DNA of 64,000 nucleotides. Source: a virus (lineage: Duplodnaviria; Caudoviricetes). Positions 49,601-56,800 of the stretch are shown one piece after another (positions within the stretch are counted from its first letter, which is position 1; every line of letters starts with the position of its first letter). Location: IMG/VR virus record IMGVR_UViG_3300050161_000042, positions 24,494 to 88,493 of that record; one strand, 5' to 3'. Below the pieces are notes generated by a model that saw nothing but the letters and a program-made list of their open reading frames with translations, made no database searches and was not told where the DNA came from. Position numbers and translations under genes: made by a program.

Positions 49601-51578
49601 ACTACCACCAATCATAAGACCTATTATGACTGATAACACAAAGTATTGTGTTGATGGAGATTCTTGTGGTGGTAAACTAGTTGCAGATGGACCAGTTGTT
49701 ATTGCCGAAGAACCAGAAACATTCTCAAACTTTGTAACAGGAAAGAACAGATCAACTGTTGTACTTATCTCTGACTCTTCATTAGTTAATGGAAGATCAA
49801 ATAAGGATCAATATGGATCATCAGCTTCTGGCGATGCCGTATTTATGCCTGTTTCAGAAAGCAAGCAAAGAATCCAAGATTTAATCAATAGTCTAACATC
49901 TATTAAAACATCTAGTTCAGATAGTAATGATAGAGCAAATAAAGTTTACTCTATGACCCAAAAGATAGTTTCACCAGAAACTGGAGATTGCGGTGTTTAC
50001 TCTCTTGCTAATACTGGAGTAGTTGGAAGATTCAACGGAACTAACGCAACAAGAACATTAGCAAACTTCACAAACGAATCTAACTTCAAAGAATCTAAGA
50101 TCGTACCACATATTTGGCCCGTTCCACCTAAGAAGAAAGAAACATGGGAAGAAGCAGACAAGAGAGTTTCAGGTGAATTTGATGGAAGTATGGGAGCTAT
50201 AGGTTTCCACTCTAAATTCAAGTATACAATTGATGGAACAGTTTATGAAGACTCTCCATTGATGGGCGATCCGTTCTCTAAGCTTCTTGTAGAAAAGGGT
50301 GTTGACTTTATAGATGAACAAATGATAGCTTCGGGCGGATACCCTGGGGATTTATTCGGGTACAGCGTTTCTATATCCGGCCCTAAAGGTAAAGAAAAAG
50401 TATTCGTTGGAACACCATTTAATGCCTGGAAAGGTAGTACATCTATTAACTATAGTGGTGTTAATAACCTAACACAACTAGAAGTTGGAACTGACGGTGG
50501 TGCTGGATCAGCTTATCTATTCAAGAAAGATAACGAACAAGGCTGGTTAAGTACTAACAAATTCAAGCCAGAAACTCTCGGTGTATCAAACTCTAACAGA
50601 TTCGGTTACAGTTTAGATTCAGATGGAGATTTCTTGGTTGTTGGTGCCCCATGCCATGACTATGGAGTTGCCGTTACCGAAGCTTCTGGTGCTTTTGTTA
50701 GAAAAGAATTTGATGCAGAATTTGATATTGGAAGTAGAGACGTAATAGATTTAGAGTCTGGTGCTAGTTATTTAGATGCTGGAGCTACTTACACATTTGA
50801 AAACAAACTATATGATTGGTCAACAAGATCAAAAGCTTGGGTTTTTGCAGAAAAGCTTACAGCTAATGGAATTGGATATAACGAAACAAACGTGAACTTT
50901 GGAAGATCGGTATCTATTTCAAGAAATCATAGATTAGATAGTGACTACTCTGTTGCTCATGGATCTAGAAATAGCTATCCAAATTCGGGTGTATCTGTAC
51001 AAAAAGCTGGTGCTGCTTATATCAACGATGGAATGCTAAGGGGTCAACCACCATCTGTTGTTGATGATAGCTCTTGGTTCTCAGCTAACGTGTTTGGTTC
51101 AAACAAGCCACTAAACTTTGTAAGATCAGATTTAACAAACTTGAGAAACAGAGACGAAGAATATGTTCGTGTAAGTGGAACTGTATACAGTGACTCAAGA
51201 GGGCAAATAATTCTAGAAGCTTCTGGGCAAGACCCAAGAGAATTTAGTTTCATAACACAAAGACCTTACATTGAAAGAATAGAAGGTGTGATTGTTAGGG
51301 GAACTCCAGCAGAAGAAAGTATTATACTACATACGGTGTCTGACCCATTAAGAACGACAAATTCCGTTAATTTACATACAGTTGGTCCAGATTCTGATAC
51401 GGTGTATAATAGTCTGAATATGGTATCCATGTCGGCCCATGATGCAAGTGAAAGCGGGTTGACTCTAGTTTCTGTTGGTGTTAATCCAGAACTAATCGAT
51501 ACCAGCGGAATTATTCTACATACAAACGGAATAGGAATCTTGAATCCAACACTAGATTTGAGAGTTAGAGGAAAATAA
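40638..51578 (+). CDS. Giant tail-tip/baseplate protein with FG-GAP propeller repeats, LamG-like and GATase-like domains
   Basis: 3646 aa directly after the tape measure, with seven FG(H/Y)SV.I...V.G.P...AG..Y-type repeats. Confidence 0.7.
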   Translation: MGCDNCENVLSVKIKSISKVKARLTARFAPSVSVVGDSTLKLNSVSNFIDMSGTFKGISKFKSKLNLEARNTQTFTGEARVRQKNNMNFSMMPKVTVNGEVVTNLDKFVGSFSDTTNYEKLYPDFDYSSFMYFPNSGVRLTDVVDEGVYSGPYHVNGVPSQIYFDDSNYIYSNNRNGGNVVFGLSSPTKSFKESKAIIRASSNSAYKIHDIEFKDPIGRTICKYEDIIVSGDESFTTYSSNPVIDNGTKYSWDEDFITLDQDVGPGNTGVFYDNFNIYGLLQYSIQNTAYFTLNFKTSVLNEDRFSSFDNGFDDFFDDSDFGSRYIRVSATEVSNSGDFGFFKDEFLPFYIGVQEKGLRIQKSIKPQKFYADDKVQPLVNSVWTGTYGYTNQNETGRVNLGSQLAESYDFSNAVLTSGSAGFGDLKLQFGLQDDSYSFSYKNGEFAFAFDEREFPVAKLSKDFTDKSWFIVDEIFLKVRARKATGGSDFALDVVGYTDDGLLNISTPFNFLDNRSIGSGTTPLGSGWNNLDNESIAGEAISDLSEYFEGAPQGSNHYQITDDVVVNSETFQEYLVPLRILKKDGIGEPKDYSQLPSFEKLFVDIYPIPVGAAFSSVELVVTYKPSNALSLSVLGGNLARIEKTRSESSLKPIAQGVNDDIVNNGSGLHSLIENIPHGFKTPATLKTNYARRWAGVEGSVVSGPFNPYEFDFGFSNPQLSTPFINGYYDFSLSSGNYVLPKKEKYSLAQPIQFSSLTRLKNVGLRQGTKTILLDSPHAYESVATEEVLAADAYDTVLLNRPSATLPLNSVGFSIYLKFTLQDYSPANILTATGLSLDTTSSSFRLTVGSSNISVPYFQNKQFPYYLILTYNEHNNGKLSLYGKHDSEETIYKADIAFAGGINTAILNANFHLHELGLSNNNIIDGDIYTPNLLAKELTVQSFLDGKSMYWSQPGDSAEDNQYSLPSYIDESTLDFDLGAFRSNQFTSEFDMFTKRVGKDFIGFNLNGSGAYNTQLENDFLRFNLSDTAENFYSTTVRIEKGLTEGYIFNKRAIVAETVVDYSQEGSVVWSDGKVGPKLIVSLYTKNSYTQEMYPDIASVSGDICLVNRKEFYLDPWMSWERLDCTFDPETYWGYNKPHVFDAEFDHKYFPKNLDTMFLQYDLEVPSGNQYSINLNIHAATVVLDDAIVKATEVFNSVNIHSIAEFMEPGSLPLVIDVLETLDDSLILHSVSDNPPSENESVNLIALGGTWSNGSLSLLTIASVTLSSDVLLHTNCQFDYAMLNLLAFNDQETVPFNVFLPMVTDCAFDSTVRSAFNLTCFSSIVSPRQVYDGSETLPLYVTVQSPTESSFRSSAINLYVPGPKIGVENLNLFMNGIDLDPMKASGQLNLHTIAYPLIYLNGSGTPLISWNTNNVGRGTEEFDETSLSIPASADIRDQQGICWGDCSGSGTCQELEVETHGTVWYEAECVQGGILRPYRLNNQDQNPDYYEGGFYGARKYTGLFPNSAYDITMSIKTGSTDSYDVPNVFEEWEYGRLGDIQYSGVKLVAEQRFVHDNYGKVVKTKGDLTAVSAPGRVVGGYDKAGSVFLYRRQAEVAGRKAAWSLEEELTLPSGFINDYYYEVPGRITIPTIGTIPERQWQIGQEGREFGHSIDLAKTEDRELLVVGGPGAKWSRTFDNIETSGVNFALFIFSDEFDANTYYFDKLFEKLEINNFLFKYFAEPAVHINMKVINIFPTGIFNVADGRNDTEVVVPKYNNPNVIVQTIPRTILNQPINEETQEIMVSGMKNALQRAYPFNSGEIDNNIPPLVGFYVDNSRSLGRQAVEPAIDRFFNFYQDYAFQSGVKDFYGVPSSGFLYEKELTRQDDGESHFALSSALIDEILDTGRLMLSGNVSLLTSGVGLEFANNSALEFNLVPDSGGRVYVFEKYGQTWDLIQQINSPDNAATKLPNRFGHSVSISESGNVIAVGSPYIRESCSVYELDKNERNRLYGSIGQWLKFRDESSSTQGQYYEKLARFKTLEEASGTVEAGTQLYDELTPSDKFKARSDKDFWRNNDIKEFKKVYSYGMDDIEAGLKGQFLNVPRRGAPNPRLGFSSSINNDGTVIAFGSPTDSLGVHDNADFYFKHEFYFDPENPTLTLPQDGTWASNVNAGAVRIFERERLVIPTSPTLVLEYNKFGNLSNTLNGTEGYDEFGNETNTTEISQNGGYDKTDFSDFRIPDEAGAIFIVTPEVDAANDEIIAEIKRWLALGDRRLVLVGDDPVWEKNGAYAQSNAIINKILDRLDSRMRLNPARNEYEALLTNNNYDAGDQFKTNVIKSFVPAGSNDTSVEINNNLNAFGVADIRFYAPDITFTDNNWGKDDKVVNGRKYGLCRFYNPLCGPFIGDGGDLRAEWTERELKHPEPEDDSDPYTYWKRNLPFEYFSNGLPPVLPREAIKIAKDININNKGLQPRPLMVAAEFKGMSGIIPAVPEILGREPIYGDVEVAVGQEYFLFTESGYDDVAFRWKDGSGILNYVNMNLTNNPSLGLFYNPPEDFGKNPLLQARGTISTVGTIDESYQKIHLDNHLNFASRQRFDESEIYLIAGIDSENYKNIADSRDHNISFYDNLVKTECGTSFILQLGGWTGRNSFKDAFVGKEFTSLLPEIFTSLGHTVEEGWNAGFIPATKDVLWIANSSGVPTQGDADIILDWLRLGNKKLVITYDGTQESAFTAYQICNKLNTSIRPWFLPEENAMAMWSDKNAVKSTGVNFTNVAESAIIGCDPENAQKVEQFSFISKFCPIQTQEGFNIIYNSGEVYDRKLNIAEDYENLIKMNTGVTKVQFPAIPGSGYRIHYRWYSDFPGESQEMDLYCGNVHYKDSPETRAKDPLTITGQEPESIYDYDADGDLVLAEKASVKKTVKSVSFGESIEEGFIDVQVPFDRDFINFFACGNRSNVIAGNTQIPRTCKLLDVSGVLLPIEKKVETHSYTQRTIIGYRDIVIQEYVPPSSVILPPIIRPIMTDNTKYCVDGDSCGGKLVADGPVVIAEEPETFSNFVTGKNRSTVVLISDSSLVNGRSNKDQYGSSASGDAVFMPVSESKQRIQDLINSLTSIKTSSSDSNDRANKVYSMTQKIVSPETGDCGVYSLANTGVVGRFNGTNATRTLANFTNESNFKESKIVPHIWPVPPKKKETWEEADKRVSGEFDGSMGAIGFHSKFKYTIDGTVYEDSPLMGDPFSKLLVEKGVDFIDEQMIASGGYPGDLFGYSVSISGPKGKEKVFVGTPFNAWKGSTSINYSGVNNLTQLEVGTDGGAGSAYLFKKDNEQGWLSTNKFKPETLGVSNSNRFGYSLDSDGDFLVVGAPCHDYGVAVTEASGAFVRKEFDAEFDIGSRDVIDLESGASYLDAGATYTFENKLYDWSTRSKAWVFAEKLTANGIGYNETNVNFGRSVSISRNHRLDSDYSVAHGSRNSYPNSGVSVQKAGAAYINDGMLRGQPPSVVDDSSWFSANVFGSNKPLNFVRSDLTNLRNRDEEYVRVSGTVYSDSRGQIILEASGQDPREFSFITQRPYIERIEGVIVRGTPAEESIILHTVSDPLRTTNSVNLHTVGPDSDTVYNSLNMVSMSAHDASESGLTLVSVGVNPELIDTSGIILHTNGIGILNPTLDLRVRGK
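51402..51410 (+). promoter_or_regulatory. Putative internal late promoter GTGTATAAT
   Basis: Exact 9-mer inside the 3' end of the giant gene, ~170 nt before the 51578 start. Confidence 0.45.
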
Positions 51579-53350
51579 TGCCTATATCAATAAGATACAA
51601 GAACGACCCACTACAAGATTGCGTTATAAGACCAGCCCCACTAGTCTCTATATCAGATCAGGTGTTGAGAAATAATGAGGGTAGTTTCGGTAAGACATAC
51701 ACAATAACCTTAACAGGTTACATTATTGTAGATTTAGGTTTTCCTCTAGCTAGAGACTCTAGAACCGGAGAATTATTTCCGTACTACAACAATAGTTCAG
51801 CTTCTGCTAATGCTGGTCCATACGTTTGTTTTGATACTACACAAAGTCACAACTTTTCTGAAAGTCCAGAGATAGACAATAGACCAGATAGACAGCACGT
51901 TCCATATGAATGTGCCGTTGATGCTATGTTCTTTAAACAAAAAGCCCTTAGAGAACTATTCAATAGAGATGGTCAAAGATTAGAAATAATCCCTATTCAT
52001 ACAGATGAATCTACTGTTATCTGCTATCCAAGATTTGTAAACATAAATTTTGAAGATGGTATCTATACAGACTATTGCAAATATACTGTACAATTAGAAT
52101 GTGATGTTCTCTTAGATAAAAACAACGATGTTGATGTAGATGGTATTCTAATAGGCAAAGACGGAAACCAAGTAGCTACTTTATCTATTACAGAAGATGA
52201 AATGGTTGCTATGAGTGGTAGATTCATTCAGGCTTACACCGATACTTGGTCTGTTGATGCTAGCGATTCTCTTGGTGAGACCGTTGGTAATACCACAATT
52301 GCAAGAAGCTATACCATCACAAGAAATATTAGTGCTACTGGTAAAGATCACTATGGCCCTTTAGACTTAAATCTTGATGGTACAAGAAGTACCCATAAGA
52401 AAAAAGCCTGGGAACAAGCCAGAGACTTCGTACACTTTAGGTTACAAAATGCCCCAGTTGCTTCTGGTTATCCTAATTTTAGGGGAATTATTGGTAGCGG
52501 TATTTTCAACTTAGTAAGTGCCTATCAGGGTTTTAACCACACTAGAAATGAAAGTATTGACATTTCAGAAGGAAACTACTCTGTAACTGAAACATGGTTA
52601 TTATCAAGCGGAATAGCTTATGAGAACTATAATAGTTCTGTAAACGTAAGTACTGATAGTCCGTTCATCAATGTATCTATGCAGGGAGAAATTAAAGGCT
52701 TAAGTAGTGCCCCAAGTAGCGGAACTATTTTTGGTGGTGATTTTCCAGTAAGTCCTAGCTCAACATACGAAAACGCCCTAACTAAATACTATCAGGTATC
52801 TAACAGTGGTAAATTCGGCGTAGGATGCGACCTGTTTAAAAGGGCTAATAACTTAGTTGGTCCAGAGCTAAATGCTCAACCTAAATCAGTTTCTATTAGT
52901 TATAATCAGAACCTAGGCGAAATCAATTACTCGCTTGAGTTCGATAATAGACCTACAAACATTCTTCCAGGTGTTCTTTCTGAAAACATTGCTGTTACAG
53001 ACACATACCCAGGAGACGTATTCGCTTCTATTCCTGTACTAGGAAGAAAGACTGGACCTATCCTTCAGTCTATTGGTACAAGAACAGAATACAAGAGAGA
53101 CTTGACTATAGATTTCATCGTTGACTATACAGACATTCCATATGGATCAGGAAGAAGTTCATTGCTTCTACAGAAGCCTAGCTTAGTAGAACCAGTTAGA
53201 TCACAACTTATGAATCTAATAAACGAATTTAGTCCAGAAAGAGAATATGGAATTAGAAAATGGTATGTTAATGCACCAGTAGAAAATTGGAATCCTAAGA
53301 GCGGAAACTACAGTTTACAACTTTCTTGGGTTTATGAGCTAGCAAAATAA
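51578..53350 (+). CDS. Putative distal-tail/baseplate protein
   Basis: 590 aa with repeated tube-like strands (YTITLTG, SYTITRNISATG, YSVTETW, INYSLEFD). TAATG coupling. Confidence 0.45.
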   Translation: MPISIRYKNDPLQDCVIRPAPLVSISDQVLRNNEGSFGKTYTITLTGYIIVDLGFPLARDSRTGELFPYYNNSSASANAGPYVCFDTTQSHNFSESPEIDNRPDRQHVPYECAVDAMFFKQKALRELFNRDGQRLEIIPIHTDESTVICYPRFVNINFEDGIYTDYCKYTVQLECDVLLDKNNDVDVDGILIGKDGNQVATLSITEDEMVAMSGRFIQAYTDTWSVDASDSLGETVGNTTIARSYTITRNISATGKDHYGPLDLNLDGTRSTHKKKAWEQARDFVHFRLQNAPVASGYPNFRGIIGSGIFNLVSAYQGFNHTRNESIDISEGNYSVTETWLLSSGIAYENYNSSVNVSTDSPFINVSMQGEIKGLSSAPSSGTIFGGDFPVSPSSTYENALTKYYQVSNSGKFGVGCDLFKRANNLVGPELNAQPKSVSISYNQNLGEINYSLEFDNRPTNILPGVLSENIAVTDTYPGDVFASIPVLGRKTGPILQSIGTRTEYKRDLTIDFIVDYTDIPYGSGRSSLLLQKPSLVEPVRSQLMNLINEFSPEREYGIRKWYVNAPVENWNPKSGNYSLQLSWVYELAK

Positions 53351-53835
53351 TGTTTAATCCAGAAAATGCATATCAAGATTTGACAGATGAACAAAAGAAA
53401 GTAAGTGATACAGCCATCATTTTACCTTCGGGCGAGGCTCATTTTGATGGTTTCAATTCTGGAGACAATAAAAATCAGATTCCTCACCCTACATCTGGCA
53501 TTAATGCTATTTACGATGTTGGTCCAAGTTCTGGGAATTTAGAACTAATACATAAAAATCAGACTACACAGTTTGGTAATCCAAATCCAAGCGGTATACT
53601 TAGTAGCAGGCTTGCTCCACTTTTTGGGTATAGTGAGTTATCTTCTTCTGAGCAATCTAGAAATAGAACTCCAAGAGTATCGATGGCAAACCTTAATCCC
53701 TACATACACTATTATCCAATAGTCACTACAAATCAATCATCGTTATACAACTCGGCCCAAGAAGTTCAAGCAGCCTTTAACATACAATACAATACAGAAT
53801 TCGACAGATCTATAAAGTATAACCCATATAACTAG
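53350..53835 (+). CDS. Hypothetical protein
   Basis: 161-aa ORF coupled by TAATG within the tail-tip cluster. Confidence 0.55.
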   Translation: MFNPENAYQDLTDEQKKVSDTAIILPSGEAHFDGFNSGDNKNQIPHPTSGINAIYDVGPSSGNLELIHKNQTTQFGNPNPSGILSSRLAPLFGYSELSSSEQSRNRTPRVSMANLNPYIHYYPIVTTNQSSLYNSAQEVQAAFNIQYNTEFDRSIKYNPYN

Positions 53836-53844
53836 GAAAAGAAA

Positions 53845-56800
53845 ATGGAAGACCCAGGAATAAACCCATCAAGACTGTTCTACGGAGACAATTGGCCTAC
53901 TCAACCAGCGGTTCCAGATCAGTTTTCGTCTGCCGAATGGACAATAGATGCTAGTCAAGACCCACTACACCCAAACGGACCAAGAAGACTAACAAGACCA
54001 TTTGTTCAACAAACGTTCTTGGGTTGTACGGTTATTGACTTTAACGTTAATGGTGGATTCGGTGACAGTAGTTCTAGTCTTAGTATTTCCCTAATTCAAG
54101 ATGAATACAATAAATCTGACGGTTTCGCCCTAGGTGTTGGTGATGACCAGTATCACAATGGTCTATTTGATCTTTTTAGAGCACCTCCTGTAGGTTCACC
54201 TGTCTTCTTTAAGTTTGGTCCAAACCATGCTACTATTCCTCAAGCTTGGATTAAGACGCTGGATGATCTTTATAGCTACAATACAATAGGTTCAGTTCAA
54301 AGAACTTCAAGAGTAGTAAACAGAATAACTTCTCTTAGAGAAGGTGAAGAGTTTGTAGATATTGATCTATCTAATACCCCACAACAAAAAGACTACGTTG
54401 TATGGGATTACGGCGATCTAGATAATATCAATAACAATTACAGAGGTGCTGAGCATTTCGTATTTGGTGGTATTCTACAAAATTATTCTCAAGATTCAAG
54501 CAGCGGTGGAGACCCTAAGTATTCTGTATCTGTTACAGACCCAAGGGAAATCTTGTCTAATACGACAATGATTCTGAATAACTACTCTAACTCTACGTTT
54601 GATCTTCCAAACCTATTTAATGTTTTTGGTTTCCTAGAATATAATCCAACAAAGGGACTTAGAGAAACTATTGATGGTTTTTATGGACCTAATAAGTTCA
54701 TGTTTAGTAAAATCGTTAATGCTGATGGAAGTACAACTTACAGAGGTGGATATGACGTAAGTAGAAACATAAGCTATCCTATGTTCACAGACGCTTATGT
54801 TACAAATAGCTTGCTATCGTATCTCGCCCTAAGTAACTCTGATCCTTCTAGAAACAATCCTCCCTCCCTAGGTCTATTCCCTAATGTATTTCCATATACT
54901 GGAACTTCTTATTCAAGAAGAACAGACAGGGGGATTCCTATGTATAGAGTTGTTCAAGCAATGAACTCTATGATGGGGTTCTATGGAAAGCTTCCAGAGG
55001 AATACGAACTAAAGAAATTCGGTAAACTTATTAACTTTAGAGGGTTTAATTACGTTGTTGACTTCGGTGGACTTCCTATTAATAAGATTCCCCCATCTTA
55101 CTGTCTAGACTTCGACCAGATGAATCTTCTGGAGTTCTGTCAAGAAATTTGTGACGTTACAAGCCATGATTTCTATGTATCTCTACTCCCAGTAATAGAT
55201 CACCCTGCTCTCTATAATATTCACCAATACAATGTAGAGAAAATCCAAGAAGGTAAGCTTTCTGATGTCGTTGTTGGTGTTATAAGAATAGACTCGGTTG
55301 ATAGATCAAAGAAACCAAACTATGGTGTTATATCTACATTCATAGAGAACCTAAAGGTTATGGGTTCTGAGATAATCTCATCAAAAGAAGGTTTTGAACT
55401 TTCTAATGTACCTACCGATAAGTTCGTAGTTGGTGCCCAAGAAGTTGAGATGTATTTCTTCACAGGTAATGGTGATAGAGACTTAATATACGTTAGAAAA
55501 CAAAAAGGCTCTCAGTTTGTAATCGATAGATTATCTGAGAAGCTAAAGGAGCAATGGTTCCTGTCTGACTCATTGAGACAACAGATTCTACCATTCTATG
55601 GATTCTTAGGTAAAGACTGTGTTACAATCCCAAGAGGATACGGATCATTCCAGCAAATACTACTAGACTCTTCAAGTCTAAATGCTAATGGAGTTGGTAA
55701 CTATTACATAGCTACAGAACTAGAGCTTAGGGCCGCTGCTGTATCTTATCAATCTTGGAAAGATTTCTTAATGCAGTACAATAATCTGTATATGGAATCT
55801 ATGGATGATGATGATGCCCTACAAGGTGCAGTATTACAAACATCTACAGTACCAACACAACTAGAAGCTTCAATGGCTCCATACTCATTCTCTGAGAAAT
55901 ATGGTGTTACAGTTCCTAGATGCGTATTTAGATCAGATAAAAATTACGTTAAAGACAATGGAGTTCCTTTTAGTCCATGCAGTCCTCCTTATGGATATCC
56001 ATTGTACTATAAAAGAGCCACAAGTATTGGTCTACCAGAAGCTGGAATCGCAGGATTCTCTGCCGCTGTTGCTAACCTATTAGATAACCTTGAAACATTC
56101 AAGAACAAAGACGATCAGAACTTTAAAGAAGTAATGAATTCGTTCTGGAGCAAGAAACTTGAAGATAGTCAGCTTATCGGGGCCGATCCTAAAGAAATAG
56201 AAATAATCAATTATATCAAAGATAGGCTAAACAACGCTAATCAAAATGATATTCCTAGTATTATTAGCTTAGTAGAAGAAAAAGTTAAACAAGAAAAAGC
56301 CCTATACAAAGACATTGCCAAGACAGCAGAAGAACAAGACGAAAATGCTCAAAGGGTATATGACTTTGTTAAGTCTGCCGCTAATAACATAGGCACTAAG
56401 TTCCTTGTTAAAATCCCTAAAGAATCTAATCCATTCTTTGATAAGAATATTACTCTTAAGTCATCGGTTGGTGTTCTGGGTGCAGATGAAGAAATATTTG
56501 AAATTGATAAAGGTCCATTTGGATTTAAACCAAGATCTATTTCTAGCGATATTGACTATTCTAAATCTCAAGGCTTTATAACTAAAGTAGAAGAGGCTAG
56601 ATCTTATGTTAATGGCAATCCTCACAACAAGTTTAATGTCATATTAGGATACGGAACAAAGAAGACTGGACTATCATCTTTAGATCTAGGGGCAGATAGT
56701 ATAACAGAAGGTATTGGCGGAAGTGGTCTATTTGATTTGACGTATGGTGCGTTAAAGTCAGAGTATGATGCTATTTCTAATACTCATATATTCAACTATG

